Notes: a model not told the origin generated them from the letters alone. DNA of 64,000 bases from an uncultured delta proteobacterium (GCA_963804165.1 CAWDPO010000015.1:136377-200376); one strand, 5' to 3'. Positions 18,780 to 29,522 are shown, numbered from the stretch's first letter. A program made the numbers and translations.

Positions 18780-21700
18780 CTACGGCAAGACCGGCGCCTC
18801 GTAGTCTTGTAAGGCTTTGACTTCGAAGTCGCACTGCAACAAGAATTCGATTCCATCGGCGGCGGCATCGGCTCCCGCCATCGTCGTAAAGTACGGCACC
18901 TGGTAATCTAAAGCGCAGCGCCGGATCGCGTAGGAATCCGCCTGGGAGCGGCTATCCTCGGGAGTGTTGATCACTATTGCGATCTCGCCGCTTTTGATCT
19001 GGTCGCCGATATGCGGGCTGCCGTCCTGTATCTTGTTGACGACCTCAGTGGGAATTTGCCGCTCTTCGAAACAGAGCGCCGTGCCACGTGTTGCAACGAT
19101 TTGAAAACCGATGCGGTACAGTTTCCGCGCGACAAAAGTCGCCATCACCTTGTCGTCGTCGCGTACGCTGATAAACACTTTCCCGCTCCGCGGCAAGCGC
19201 ATGCCGCTGCCGAGTTGCGCTTTGGCGAATGCGATGCCGAAATAATCGTCGATCCCCATGACCTCGCCGGTGGATTTCATTTCCGGACCCAGCAGTGTAT
19301 CGACGCCGGGGAATTTATTGAAAGGAAACACCGCCTCTTTGACAGACACATGCTTCGGCACAATCTCTTTGGTTAAACCCAGATCCTTAAGTTTCTTTCC
19401 GACCATGATGCGCGCGGCGATTTTCGCGAGAGGTACCCCGATGGCTTTGCTGACGAACGGCACCGTGCGCGACGCCCGCGGATTCACTTCCAGCACGAAA
19501 ACATTATCTCCCTGGACCGCAAACTGAGCGTTCATCAAACCCCGAACATTGAGCGCGATGGCGATCGCGACAGTGTGCCGGCGAATTTCATCTTGAATAT
19601 CCGGGTGGATCGACTTCGGCGGCAGACTGCAGGCGCTATCTCCCGAGTGAACCCCAGCCCGCTCGATATGTTCCATGATCCCGCCGATGATCACCTGCTC
19701 GCCGTCGCCCAGCGCGTCGACATCGACTTCGATCGCGTCGTCGAGGAATTTGTCGATCAGCACCGGGTGCTCCGGCGACGCTGACACGGCGCGCGTCATA
19801 TATTCTCTTAGCGCGTCGCCGTCGTAGACGATTTGCATCGCACGCCCGCCGAGCACGTAGGAGGGCCGCACTAAAACCGGGTAACCCAACCCCTCGGCGA
19901 TCTTGAACGCTTCGGCGTAGGAACGCGCGATACCGTTTTCTGGCTGTTTGATATCCAGTTTTTTAATTAATTGGGAAAAACGCTCACGGTCCTCCGCAAG
20001 ATCGATACTGTCCGGCGACGTGCCGATGATCGGCACGCCGGCGCGTTCCAAGGGCAGCGCCAGCTTGAGCGGGGTCTGGCCGCCGAATTGGACGATGACT
20101 CCGTCCGGCTTTTCGCGGTCGACGATATTCATCACCTCTTCCATGGTCAGGGGCTCAAAATAGAGTTTATCCGAGGTATCGTAATCGGTGCTCACGGTTT
20201 CAGGATTACAATTCACCATGATGGTCTCGTAACCCTCTTCCCTGAGCGCAAAGGCGGCATGCACGCAGCAGTAGTCGAATTCGATGCCTTGGCCGATGCG
20301 ATTCGGGCCGCCGCCCAAGATCATGATCTTCTTGCGTGACGTCGGGTTCGATTCATCCTCGCCTTCATAGGTTGAATAGAGATAGGGAGTAAAAGCCTGA
20401 AATTCCGCGCCGCAGGTATCGACGGAATTGAACACCGCCTCAACGCCCTTGGCTTTCCTGGTGTTTCGAACTTCAGCTTCGCTCGCACCGATGAGAGTGG
20501 CGATACGCGCGTCGGCAAATCCCCATTGCTTCCACTGCCGCAATAATCTCGCATCTAATTGAGTCAGCGACCCTGTGGCGCGAGCGATGTCATTTTCGGT
20601 CGCGATGATCTCGCAAATCTTTTCGAGAAACCAGGGATCGATGGCGGAGAGCTGAAAAATCTCGTCCGTGGTCATACCGACCCGGTAAGCGTCACCCAAG
20701 TACCAAAGACGCTGCGCGTTGGGCTGCTTTAGTTTTTCACGCACGATCGCGAGCGACTCCGATCGGGCCGCTTCGGCCAAGTCGACTTTTGGTTCGAAGC
20801 CAAAGGAGCCGGTTTCCAACGAGCGCATCGCCTTTTGCAGCGATTCTTTGAACGTTCGTCCGATGGCCATCGCTTCGCCCACGGACTTCATTTGCGGCGT
20901 CAACAGGTCTCTGGCTTGAGGAAATTTCTCGAAGGTAAAGCGCGGAACCTTGACGACGACGTAATCGATGGTCGGCTCGAAACAAGCGGGTGTTTCGCGC
21001 GTAATGTCGTTGCGAATCTCGTCGAGGGTGTAACCGACCGCGAGCTTCGCCGCGATCTTGGCGATGGGAAAGCCCGTCGCTTTGCTCGCCAGCGCGGAGC
21101 TGCGCGAGACACGCGGATTCATTTCGATGACCACCATGCGACCGTTTTCGGGGTTCACGGCAAATTGAATGTTCGAACCGCCGGTGTCGACGCCGATCTC
21201 ACGAATCACCCTTAGCGCGGCGTCGCGCATGATTTGATACTCTTTATCGGTCAGGGTTTGCGCCGGCGCGACGGTGATCGAGTCGCCGGTATGGATGCCC
21301 ATGGGATCGAAGTTTTCGATCGAGCAGATGATCACCACGTTGTCTTTATGGTCGCGCATCACTTCGAGCTCGAACTCTTTCCAGCCGAGCACCGACTCTT
21401 CGATCAACACTTCGTGCACCGGCGAAATACTTAAACCCGCCTGAACGACTTCTTTAAAATCGTCTGCTCCATAGGCAAAGTTCCCACCGCTGCCGCCGAG
21501 CGTGCGCGACGCGCGGATGATTACCGGAAAGTTCAAGCGCTTTTGAATGCGCATGGCGTCGCGCATGCTGCGCGCGTAGCCGCTGCGCGGCAGATCGAGG
21601 CCGATGCGTCGCATGGCTTCTTTGAACAGATCGCGGTCTTCGGCTTTTTTGATCGAATCGATCTTGGCGCCGATCATCTCGACGCCGTAGCGCTCGAGAA

Positions 21701-22019
21701 TTCCTTTCTCGGCGAGATCGATGGCGAGATTGAGCGCCGTTTGACCGCCCAGGGTCGGGAGAATCGCGTCGGGCTTTTCCTTGGCGATGATCTTTTCGAC
21801 GATGTCGGTTGTAATTGGCTCGATGTACGTGCGCGCGGCAAATCCAGGATCGGTCATGATTGTCGCTGGATTAGAGTTGACGAGAATGACCCTGTAGCCT
21901 TCTTCTTTGAGAGCTTTCAAGGCTTGCGTGCCGGAATAGTCGAACTCGCAGGCTTGGCCGATAATGATCGGTCCAGCACCGATCAGCAGAATCGATTCGA
22001 TATCCGTTCGTTTCGGCAT
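18780..22019 (-). CDS. carB: Carbamoyl-phosphate synthase large subunit
   Basis: MPKRTDI...[10 protein letters not shown], duplicated ATP-grasp domains, MGS domain. Confidence 0.99.
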   Translation of the reverse strand: MPKRTDIESILLIGAGPIIIGQACEFDYSGTQALKALKEEGYRVILVNSNPATIMTDPGFAARTYIEPITTDIVEKIIAKEKPDAILPTLGGQTALNLAIDLAEKGILERYGVEMIGAKIDSIKKAEDRDLFKEAMRRIGLDLPRSGYARSMRDAMRIQKRLNFPVIIRASRTLGGSGGNFAYGADDFKEVVQAGLSISPVHEVLIEESVLGWKEFELEVMRDHKDNVVIICSIENFDPMGIHTGDSITVAPAQTLTDKEYQIMRDAALRVIREIGVDTGGSNIQFAVNPENGRMVVIEMNPRVSRSSALASKATGFPIAKIAAKLAVGYTLDEIRNDITRETPACFEPTIDYVVVKVPRFTFEKFPQARDLLTPQMKSVGEAMAIGRTFKESLQKAMRSLETGSFGFEPKVDLAEAARSESLAIVREKLKQPNAQRLWYLGDAYRVGMTTDEIFQLSAIDPWFLEKICEIIATENDIARATGSLTQLDARLLRQWKQWGFADARIATLIGASEAEVRNTRKAKGVEAVFNSVDTCGAEFQAFTPYLYSTYEGEDESNPTSRKKIMILGGGPNRIGQGIEFDYCCVHAAFALREEGYETIMVNCNPETVSTDYDTSDKLYFEPLTMEEVMNIVDREKPDGVIVQFGGQTPLKLALPLERAGVPIIGTSPDSIDLAEDRERFSQLIKKLDIKQPENGIARSYAEAFKIAEGLGYPVLVRPSYVLGGRAMQIVYDGDALREYMTRAVSASPEHPVLIDKFLDDAIEVDVDALGDGEQVIIGGIMEHIERAGVHSGDSACSLPPKSIHPDIQDEIRRHTVAIAIALNVRGLMNAQFAVQGDNVFVLEVNPRASRTVPFVSKAIGVPLAKIAARIMVGKKLKDLGLTKEIVPKHVSVKEAVFPFNKFPGVDTLLGPEMKSTGEVMGIDDYFGIAFAKAQLGSGMRLPRSGKVFISVRDDDKVMATFVARKLYRIGFQIVATRGTALCFEERQIPTEVVNKIQDGSPHIGDQIKSGEIAIVINTPEDSRSQADSYAIRRCALDYQVPYFTTMAGADAAADGIEFLLQCDFEVKALQDYEAPVLP

Positions 22020-22024
22020 GGGTG

Positions 22025-23191
22025 TTACTTGCCTCGATGCTTTGCCATCATGTCGGTAAATCGCTTGAACAAATAATTAGCGTCATGCGGCCCAGGCGAA
22101 GACTCGGGATGATATTGCACGGAAAAGATCGGCAACTCGCGATGCACCAGGCCTTCGACGGTGTTGTCGTTCAAGTTCAGGTGCGTTACCTCCGCCGCCC
22201 CTTTGAGTGAATCCGCGTCGACGGCAAAACCGTGGTTTTGCGCAGTGATCTCGACTTTGCGCGTGGTCAGATCCATCACCGGCTGGTTGCCGCCGTGATG
22301 CCCGAACTTGAGCTTGTAAGTTGTGCCGCCGAGGGCGAGTCCCATGATCTGATGGCCGAGGCAAATGCCGAATACCGGCTTCTTGCCGATCAACTTCTGC
22401 ACGTTTTCCTTGGCATAAGGCACGGCGTCGGGATCACCCGGGCCATTGGAAAGAAAAATGCCGTCCGGATTCAGCGCCAACACATCTTCAGCCGGAGCCG
22501 CCGCAGGCACGACTCTGACCCGACAGCCGGCCTCGGTGAGATTGCGCAGAATGTTGTATTTGATGCCGTAGTCGTAGGCGACTACGAAATACGCCGGCGA
22601 GTCAAACGTTCCTTTCCGTCTGCGCGTCGAAGCAGTACTCGAAACGTCGCGCTGCTTATAGCCATCGTCAAGTCGCCACATCCCCTGATCCCAGTCATAC
22701 GCTTCGTCGCAGGTCACCTCGCGGACAAGATCGACGCCGACCAAACCCGGCGCAGCTTTGGCTTTTGCGGCGAGGTCATCGGCGTTGCCGGTCAATGTCG
22801 AAATAATACCTTCTTGGGAACCATGATCGCGCAGGTGGCGCACCAGCGAGCGGGTGTCGATGCCGTGGATGCCGACGATACCATGCGCTTTCATGTACTC
22901 ATGCAGCGGCTGGGCCGCGCGCCAATTACTCGGCTGCGGCGTATAATCTTTGACGATAAAACCGTTCATAAAAGGGCGGCGCGACTCGACATCCTCGGAA
23001 TTGACCCCGACGTTGCCGATCTCCGGGTAGGTCATGGCGACAAGTTGACCTTGGTAGGAGGGGTCGGTGAGGATTTCCTGATAGCCGGTCATGCTGGTGT
23101 TAAAAACCACTTCGCCGGACGCCTCGCCTTCGGCGCCAAATGCAACCCCTTCGAAGAATCGTCCATCCGCCAGAGCTAAAAACGCCTTCAT
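22025..23191 (-). CDS. carA: Carbamoyl-phosphate synthase small subunit
   Basis: [26 protein letters not shown]. Confidence 0.99.
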   Translation of the reverse strand: MKAFLALADGRFFEGVAFGAEGEASGEVVFNTSMTGYQEILTDPSYQGQLVAMTYPEIGNVGVNSEDVESRRPFMNGFIVKDYTPQPSNWRAAQPLHEYMKAHGIVGIHGIDTRSLVRHLRDHGSQEGIISTLTGNADDLAAKAKAAPGLVGVDLVREVTCDEAYDWDQGMWRLDDGYKQRDVSSTASTRRRKGTFDSPAYFVVAYDYGIKYNILRNLTEAGCRVRVVPAAAPAEDVLALNPDGIFLSNGPGDPDAVPYAKENVQKLIGKKPVFGICLGHQIMGLALGGTTYKLKFGHHGGNQPVMDLTTRKVEITAQNHGFAVDADSLKGAAEVTHLNLNDNTVEGLVHRELPIFSVQYHPESSPGPHDANYLFKRFTDMMAKHRGK

Positions 23192-23195
23192 AAAA

Positions 23196-25145
23196 CTACT
23201 TCGTAGCAGTCATCACCGCGTCACCCGATGGCTGGAATCCTTCTTCGCTCGGATTGATAATCGAATACATCACGACCTGATCGCGTTCCTCCTGGTCAAG
23301 CTCGCGCAGTTTGACGCGCACCCGATCTTTTTCCGAGCTGGGTATATTTTTGCCGACGTAATTGGGGCGCACCGGCACCTCGCGATGGCCGCGGTCAATC
23401 AAGACGGCCAAGCGCACCGACTGCGGCCTGCCGGAGCGAAAAATAATGCTCAGCGCGCTCTTGACGGTTCTACCGGTGAAGATGACGTCATCGACGAGAA
23501 TGACTTCGCGGTCTTTTAAATTCAGCGGTCCAGCGTCGGGATCGCCCGGCGGGATCCGTCGCAGTTCTTCGCCGCCGCTATAAATCTCAATCTCGCCGAC
23601 CTCCGGCTTGCGCCCGCGTTGCTTCTCGATCTCCGTTGTCAGGCGTTGCGCCAAGTATGAACCGACGCTGCGCACGCCCAATATCAGCAAGCGATCCGGA
23701 TTGCGGCAGTCGCGCAAAATTTGCCCGCTCATTTCCACAATGGCATTTTTGATCTCCGGTTCGGCCATCAAGACGCGCTGGGGGCCGCTCTTGAAGGGCT
23801 CGTAGCCCAACTCTTCCGCTTCTTTGATCGAGTCGAAGATGGCGAGCTCGCCATTATTCAACCATTGGTTGAGGTTCGCCGCGATTGCGTTCTCGTAGGA
23901 ACAGTACCGTTTGGATTTTGTGTTACCGACGAATTGCACCTTGGAACGGTGATCGCAATACGCGCAACCGAGAATCAGCGTGCCGGATTCGCCGGCTGTG
24001 AAAAGTTCGAAGCGCTTGCCGGTGGACAGCGGTTCCTTCAATGTGACGCAATTTGGATTGTGACAGTGTGGGCCGATCGCTTCGCGGCTTTTGTAGGGGA
24101 TCGCGTTGCTTTTCGAGGCAGGCCGCTTTTCTTCTCTGTGGTCGAATAGAAACTTGAGCAGCGCCATGCGCACCGGTACGCCGTAAGCGGCTTGCTTGAA
24201 ATAAATACCGCGACGGTCTTGATCGACTTCGGGCGACAGCTCGTCAACCCGCGGCAGCGGATGCATCACCACAGTGTCCTGAAACCGCTGCTCGCGGAGA
24301 AAATCCGCGCCGATCATCGGATAATTGCTGTCGTTGGCGCCTTCCTTCATGCGCTCTTTTTGTTTTCGGGTCATATAAAAGGCATCATAGCGCAATCCGG
24401 TAGCCATCGTGTTCAGGCGCGCTTGAATGATTTGGTCGACCTGCGTAAAAAGCGCCAATTGATGCGGCTGTTTGGGCGTCAGATAAAGCGCATCAGTTTC
24501 GGTCACTACCGCGCTAAGATCATCGGCGGCGACCGGCGCAAGACCGTAGCCGTATTCCTGTTCTAAACGTTCGATCACATACTGCGGCAACTCCATCCCG
24601 TTCGCCGCCAGGGTCACCACATTGGCGCCGAATCGCGCGAGCGCGAACACCAGCGAATGGATCGTGCGGCCATTTTTCAAATCACCGCACACGACCACGG
24701 TAAGTCCCTTGAGCGCGCCTTTTTCTTGGCGCAGCGTGTACAGATCGCACAAGGTCTGGGTCGGATGCTCGTGGCCGCCGTCGCCGGCGTTGACCACCGG
24801 TACGTCGGCATGCTCCGCCATCGCCTGCACCGCGCCATCCCAATTGTGGCGCACGACCAATACGTCGGCGTAGCTCGAAACGACCTTGGCGGTATCTGCA
24901 ACCGTTTCGCCTTTCGCGGTTGATGATGCTTTCATATCAGAACAGCTGATCACCGAACCGCCCAACCTTTGCATAGCCGACTCGAACGATAACCGAGTTC
25001 GCGTGCTCGGCTCATAGAAAAGCGTAGCCATGATCTGCCCGCTCGCAGCCTTGGTGGCACGCAGTTGATCCGCGCCATCCGCCAACGAAAAGATCTCTTC
25101 GATCTCTTCATTGGTCAGGTCCGCTATCGAAATCAAGTTACGCAT
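23196..25145 (-). CDS. pyrB: Fusion protein: aspartate carbamoyltransferase catalytic chain + PyrI-type Zn domain + Ada-like module + PyrR/PRTase domain
   Basis: ATCase motifs [39 protein letters not shown]; then CHNPNC...CAYC; then [23 protein letters not shown]. One uninterrupted frame; likely ATG at 25145. Confidence 0.92.
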   Translation of the reverse strand: MRNLISIADLTNEEIEEIFSLADGADQLRATKAASGQIMATLFYEPSTRTRLSFESAMQRLGGSVISCSDMKASSTAKGETVADTAKVVSSYADVLVVRHNWDGAVQAMAEHADVPVVNAGDGGHEHPTQTLCDLYTLRQEKGALKGLTVVVCGDLKNGRTIHSLVFALARFGANVVTLAANGMELPQYVIERLEQEYGYGLAPVAADDLSAVVTETDALYLTPKQPHQLALFTQVDQIIQARLNTMATGLRYDAFYMTRKQKERMKEGANDSNYPMIGADFLREQRFQDTVVMHPLPRVDELSPEVDQDRRGIYFKQAAYGVPVRMALLKFLFDHREEKRPASKSNAIPYKSREAIGPHCHNPNCVTLKEPLSTGKRFELFTAGESGTLILGCAYCDHRSKVQFVGNTKSKRYCSYENAIAANLNQWLNNGELAIFDSIKEAEELGYEPFKSGPQRVLMAEPEIKNAIVEMSGQILRDCRNPDRLLILGVRSVGSYLAQRLTTEIEKQRGRKPEVGEIEIYSGGEELRRIPPGDPDAGPLNLKDREVILVDDVIFTGRTVKSALSIIFRSGRPQSVRLAVLIDRGHREVPVRPNYVGKNIPSSEKDRVRVKLRELDQEERDQVVMYSIINPSEEGFQPSGDAVMTATK

Positions 25146-25162
25146 CACTTCAGATGCCCAGC

Positions 25163-25720
25163 TTAGAGAGCACTTTTTCCTTGCCAATTGGCGAGAGTTA
25201 CCTGATCGATTCCATCCGACTCCTCAAGCAATACATTAACCCTTTGGCCGTCACCGGCGCCGACGTTCTTGCCGACGATGTCGGCACGGATCGGCAGCTC
25301 GCGGGAACCGCGATCGATCAAGACGGCAACGAGAATCCGTTTGGGCTGGCCGAGCCGCTCCACAGCCTCCATGGCCGCCCGAATCGTGCGCCCGCGGAAA
25401 ATCACGTCATCGACCAGGACGACGGTTTTGTCGTCTACAGCTGCTTGAATTTCGAAAGCGCCGACGGGCGGCAACCCTTGCCCTTGAGCTCGATCATCCC
25501 GGTATGGCGTCACGTCGATGACAGCGACCGGCGGGGAAAAATTGCTGATCTCGTCGATCCTTCGCGCTAGGCGCCGTGCCAAATGCACGCCCCGTGAGCG
25601 AATGCCGATCAGGACCAATTCTCCGGGCTTCGCGCTTTTCTCGATAATCTCGTGCGCCATCCGGCCGACGGTCCTGCCGAGATCGGCCTGTTCCAGGAGT
25701 ATTTGTGTTGCGTCGGCCAT
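25163..25720 (-). CDS. pyrR: PyrR attenuation regulator / uracil PRTase-fold protein
   Basis: RMAHEIIE, GIRSRG, PYRDD, VDDVIFRGRT, DRGSRELP, GKN. Confidence 0.93.
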   Translation of the reverse strand: MADATQILLEQADLGRTVGRMAHEIIEKSAKPGELVLIGIRSRGVHLARRLARRIDEISNFSPPVAVIDVTPYRDDRAQGQGLPPVGAFEIQAAVDDKTVVLVDDVIFRGRTIRAAMEAVERLGQPKRILVAVLIDRGSRELPIRADIVGKNVGAGDGQRVNVLLEESDGIDQVTLANWQGKSAL

Positions 25721-25753
25721 AAAAAAACCCTCCCGGGTTACCGAGAGGGTTTT
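25721..25753 (-). terminator. Attenuator terminator hairpin abutting the pyrR start and sequestering its RBS
   Basis: Minus strand AAAACCCTCTCGGTAACCCGGGAGGGTTTTTTT immediately followed by ATG. Confidence 0.85.
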
Positions 25754-25792
25754 GGAGCAAGCGTAAATTGCTGGATTAATTCTGTCATGGCG

Positions 25793-25825
25793 CCTTTTCC
25801 GACCTCGCAGGATCGAATTAAAAGG
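25793..25825 (-). promoter_or_regulatory. PyrR-binding RNA element
   Basis: Minus strand CCUUUUAA-UUC-GAUCCUGCGAGGUC-GGAAAAGG fits the PyrR-loop consensus (UUUAA plus ARUCCnGnGAGGYU in a CCUUUU/AAAAGG stem). Confidence 0.88.
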
Positions 25826-25836
25826 TTGCTATGCAA

Positions 25837-25865
25837 TTAGTAGCGCGCACGTATGTTAAAGTCAA
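25837..25865 (-). promoter_or_regulatory. Sigma70-type promoter of the pyr operon
   Basis: TTGACT-17 nt-TACTAA just upstream of the PyrR element. Confidence 0.6.
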
Positions 25866-25876
25866 TAAAGTTGATG

Positions 25877-26350
25877 TCAAATCTTCAGCTCGATAATTTT
25901 TACCCGCACCTTTTGTCCGTGTATGGTCAGCTGGCTCACCGCCACCGGCAACTTGAAGCGGCGCGGTCCCGCGCTCCCTGGATTAACAAAAATAATACCA
26001 TCGCGAGAAGCCACGCCGGGCTTGTGCGAGTGACCGCTGATCACGGTGTGAAAGCCTTTCGCCCCAGGATCAATATCCAGATCGTTGACGTTGTGGATGA
26101 TGTATAAGCGAGCGCCGTTTATTCGCAGATTTAAAATGTCCGGTATTTTTTTTGCCCACGCCTCCCGGTCATTGTTACCTCGAATCGCGAGCACCGGCGC
26201 GATCGAGCCAAGCAAGGTAAGGACTTCGGGCTTGCCGATGTCGCCGGCGTGGATGATTAATTCCGAATCCTTCAGTGCCGCCAGCGCCTCGGGACGAAGC
26301 AAGCCGTGGGTGTCGGAAATCACGCCGATTCGACCTGATTTCAACGTCAT
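25877..26350 (-). CDS. Metallophosphoesterase (YfcE/MJ0936 family)
   Basis: ISDTHG, HAGD, RGNND, SGHSH, NPGS; likely ATG at 26350. Confidence 0.92.
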   Translation of the reverse strand: MTLKSGRIGVISDTHGLLRPEALAALKDSELIIHAGDIGKPEVLTLLGSIAPVLAIRGNNDREAWAKKIPDILNLRINGARLYIIHNVNDLDIDPGAKGFHTVISGHSHKPGVASRDGIIFVNPGSAGPRRFKLPVAVSQLTIHGQKVRVKIIELKI

Positions 26351-26441
26351 ATGCTTTTGTCGCGTGGTGAACATCGTTTTTGATTTAGCTTGATTCGCGC
26401 CGCCGCGCAATTCTATAGTGACAGTCGCGGATGGAGGTCCT

Positions 26442-26945
26442 ATGTTTCCACACTTAAAAGGGTTCAATCTCAAAAAATGGATCGATGAAAACCGCGGCGA
26501 CTGGGGCCAGCGCCGGGTCATTTGGCAGGACTCGGACTTCATCGCGTTTGTCACCCGCGGCCCCAACCGGCGCAAGGATTTTCATATTAATCCGGGCGAC
26601 GAGATCTTCTATCAGCTCGAAGGCGACCTTAATCTTCACTATATCAAAGACAACAAGCGCGAGTTGGCGACGCTCCAAGCCGGCGATATTTTTCTGCTGC
26701 CCAAGAACACGCCGCATTCGCCGCGGCGCGCCGATGGATCGTGGACTTACGTCGTGGAACGCCAGCGCGGCAAAGAGGAAATCGACAGGTTTATCTGGCC
26801 CTGCGAAAAATGCGGCAATAATCTTTATGAGACTGAAGTTCGTTTCGACGATCCTGGCGACGCAGTCAGCCGCGCCACAAACTCGCTCAAGTCAAATCCC
26901 GCGTTGGTCACATGCAAGCAGTGCGGCGAAGTCTTGGATGTTTAG
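26442..26945 (+). CDS. nbaC: 3-hydroxyanthranilate 3,4-dioxygenase-like cupin
   Basis: GGAGG RBS; GPNxRxDFH, EIFYQLEG, PHSP, two CxxC pairs (CEKC, CKQC). Confidence 0.82.
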   Translation: MFPHLKGFNLKKWIDENRGDWGQRRVIWQDSDFIAFVTRGPNRRKDFHINPGDEIFYQLEGDLNLHYIKDNKRELATLQAGDIFLLPKNTPHSPRRADGSWTYVVERQRGKEEIDRFIWPCEKCGNNLYETEVRFDDPGDAVSRATNSLKSNPALVTCKQCGEVLDV

Positions 26946-27020
26946 CTTCGATAGTCGCTATTGAGTCGCCATGTCGAAAGCTCAAGTGATTCTTCCGAAT
27001 AGTTAAAGCTGTAGATGAAG

Positions 27021-29315
27021 CTAGGATTTGGCCTGCATGGCTCGCCAGACCTTCGGCGGCGTGAGGGGCAGCTCTTGAATGCGCACGCCAACGGCGCGCG
27101 ATACTGCGTTGGCAACCGCGGAAGCAACGGGCAGCAAACCGCCTTCGCCGATACCCTTCGAGCCGAACGGACCGGGGCCGTTGCCATTCTCAATTAAGAT
27201 TGTGTCGAGCGTGTCTGGGACATCGGTGAATCTCGGCACGCTATAGTCGACAAGATTACCGTTCAGCAGTTGGCCATCTTCGTAGATCATTTCTTCCATC
27301 AGCGTGTGGCCGATGCCGAACATCACCGCGCCCTCGTCCTGGCCGATACACTGCTCGGGATTAATCGCTTTGCCGGTATCGCAGGCGGAAACATATTTGA
27401 GCAGATGAATTACGCCCGTGTCAGGGTCGACCTCGATTTCGACGCCGCCCCAACCGACTTCCCAGAAGGTCGTGGTCGAACCTAGGACCGCCTTGGCACT
27501 ACGCTTGTCTTTATAGAGACCTTTGCCGATAATTTCTCCGGCCTTGCTGCCAAAGAAATCGACGATCACTTTACTGAATGAAATTGTCGGACGTTCACCG
27601 ACGACGACATGACCGTTATGCAATCTCATGTTGCCGACCTTCTGCTTGAGTACCGTTGCGGCGCATTGCAGCAGTTGTTTTTTGGCGTCCTGTGCCGCGC
27701 GCATAACCGCCGTACCCATCACCACCATCGAGCTGCTGGCGCTGGTGGAAATATCGTAGGGTGTCACGTCGGTGTCGAGCTGCGCCACACCGATCTGATC
27801 CATGGGCACGGAAAGTTCTTCGGACACGACTTGGCTCAGAGCAGTACGCGGCCCTTGTCCCATTTCAACCGTGCCCGTAAGTAGCATGACACTGCCGTCC
27901 GATGACATTTTCACCGTGGCGCCAGCGACTTTGTAGGTGCCGCCGGCATCTTTGATGCAGCAGCTGAGGCCTTTGGCGCGATTGGGCTTCGTGCTTTTTT
28001 CTTGCCAGTTGATCGCGTCGGCAACTTTCATCAGTCCCTCTTTGAGATCGCAATCAACAGGCGTATCGCCGACCGTGTAGACGTCGCCTTTCTTGAGCAG
28101 ATTTTTGATGCGAAATTCCAAGGGATCGAGACCGAGCCGCTCGGCGATCATATCCATCTGCGATTCATACGCCCAAGTGACTTGCAGCGCGCCGAAGCCG
28201 CGAAACGCCCCGGCGGGCACAGTGTTGGTATAAACGCCGTAGGCTTCGACGTTGGCGTACGGAATTTTATACGGACCCAAAGAACGATAGGCAGCTTTTT
28301 GAGTTACCCGAGGGCCGGCGTCCGCGTAGGCACCGGTATCCATGCAGACCTGGCAATCACGTGCGATCAGTTTGCCATCTTTGGTTACGCCGGTTTTCAC
28401 CGTGACCCGCGCCGGATGGCGCGTGACCGTCTTGAAGCTTTCATTGACCGAGAACTGAAGCTTTACCGGCCGCCGGGTCATCCAAGAGAGCGCCGCCGAT
28501 ATCGGCTCAGCCTTGACGTAGAGTTTGCCGCCGTAGCCGCCGCCGACGTACGGCACGATGACGCGAATGCGACTGAGCGGCAGCCGAAAGATCCCCGAGA
28601 GATGGTCGCGCAAGGTAAACGGATCCTGGCAAGATGCCCACACCGTCAGTTTCTCGCCGTCGTAATAGGCGACGTTATTGTGCGCTTCGAGAGAATAATG
28701 CTGCACTTTTTGAAAACGGAAAGTGTCTTCGAAAATATGCTCCGCCTTGGCAAAACCCTTCGCAACTTCTTTGCGGCCGAAAGTTAAATAATAGCAGACG
28801 TTGGTGCCGTTGAATCTTTCCGGCGCGCCGTAAACCGAGCCGCGCAACTCGGCGCGGGCAACTCCAGCTTCGTGCACCAGAGCAGCGCCCGGCGCCGTGG
28901 CGTCTTCGATATTCGTGACTTTCGAAAGTTCTTCGTACTCGACTTCGATCAGCTCCAGCGCCTGCTCCGCCGTCGCCGGATCGTCGGCCAACACCGCCGC
29001 CACGGGGTCGCCGACGTAGCGGACTTTGTCGACGGCAACGATCGATTGATCTTTGTAGGTTGCGCCGTATTTGTAATTGAATCCCTGAATATCATCGCGC
29101 GTCAGGGTCGCGATGACCCCAGGAAACTCCTTGGCCTTCGATGCGTCGACTCTGGCCAGCTTTGCATGCGCGACCGGGCTTCTGAGTATGCGCGCGTGTG
29201 CCATGCCCGGAAGTTGGATATCGCTCGTATAGATCGCTTTACCGGTGACTTTCTCAACACCATCGACTCTGTGCGCGCTCGTACCGACGACAGAATAAGC
29301 TTGTTTCGTTTTCAT
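27021..29315 (-). CDS. Xanthine dehydrogenase-family molybdopterin-binding large subunit
   Basis: DGVEKVTG, VGGGYGGK, GAFRGFG, EMGQG, KGIGEGG; likely ATG at 29315. Confidence 0.93.
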   Translation of the reverse strand: MKTKQAYSVVGTSAHRVDGVEKVTGKAIYTSDIQLPGMAHARILRSPVAHAKLARVDASKAKEFPGVIATLTRDDIQGFNYKYGATYKDQSIVAVDKVRYVGDPVAAVLADDPATAEQALELIEVEYEELSKVTNIEDATAPGAALVHEAGVARAELRGSVYGAPERFNGTNVCYYLTFGRKEVAKGFAKAEHIFEDTFRFQKVQHYSLEAHNNVAYYDGEKLTVWASCQDPFTLRDHLSGIFRLPLSRIRVIVPYVGGGYGGKLYVKAEPISAALSWMTRRPVKLQFSVNESFKTVTRHPARVTVKTGVTKDGKLIARDCQVCMDTGAYADAGPRVTQKAAYRSLGPYKIPYANVEAYGVYTNTVPAGAFRGFGALQVTWAYESQMDMIAERLGLDPLEFRIKNLLKKGDVYTVGDTPVDCDLKEGLMKVADAINWQEKSTKPNRAKGLSCCIKDAGGTYKVAGATVKMSSDGSVMLLTGTVEMGQGPRTALSQVVSEELSVPMDQIGVAQLDTDVTPYDISTSASSSMVVMGTAVMRAAQDAKKQLLQCAATVLKQKVGNMRLHNGHVVVGERPTISFSKVIVDFFGSKAGEIIGKGLYKDKRSAKAVLGSTTTFWEVGWGGVEIEVDPDTGVIHLLKYVSACDTGKAINPEQCIGQDEGAVMFGIGHTLMEEMIYEDGQLLNGNLVDYSVPRFTDVPDTLDTILIENGNGPGPFGSKGIGEGGLLPVASAVANAVSRAVGVRIQELPLTPPKVWRAMQAKS

Positions 29316-29325
29316 GATCGAACTG

Positions 29326-29365
29326 AGAAAAAGAAGAGGGCCACGGCGACCTTTCACCGTGGCCC
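29326..29365 (-). terminator. Intrinsic terminator after the UbiD and Zn-ribbon genes
   Basis: GGGCCACGGTGA-AAGG-TCGCCGTGGCCC followed by TCTTCTTTTTCT on the minus strand. Confidence 0.75.
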
Positions 29366-29375
29366 ATGCCTAAAG

Positions 29376-29522
29376 CTACTTGCGGATTTTCGGGCTGTCT
29401 TTTTCCGGAAAGTATAGATCGCAAAACGGGCAATGAAAGTTCATTCCCGATCCCAGCATATGGGGATTCACGACGAAGATTTTCTTACAGTTTGGACATG
29501 TAATTTCGACCGCCTGACCCAT
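29376..29522 (-). CDS. 48-aa zinc-ribbon protein (not in the ORF track)
   Basis: MGQAVEITCPNCKKIFVVNPHMLGSGMNFHCPFCDLYFPEKDSPKIRK; GAGGAGG RBS; two CPxC motifs. Confidence 0.82.
   Translation of the reverse strand: MGQAVEITCPNCKKIFVVNPHMLGSGMNFHCPFCDLYFPEKDSPKIRK

Noticed and set aside
18772-18834. N-terminal extension of recG overlapping carB; similar extensions of pyrB (25187), the phosphoesterase (26575) and the SBP at 38036
   Set aside because: These are longest-ORF artefacts; downstream ATGs fit the family N-termini and avoid overlaps.
22232-23179. 315-aa plus-strand ORF, and similar long antisense ORFs (29599-30474, 41459-42595, 44223-45071)
   Set aside because: They are codon-mirrored antisense frames of well-supported genes.
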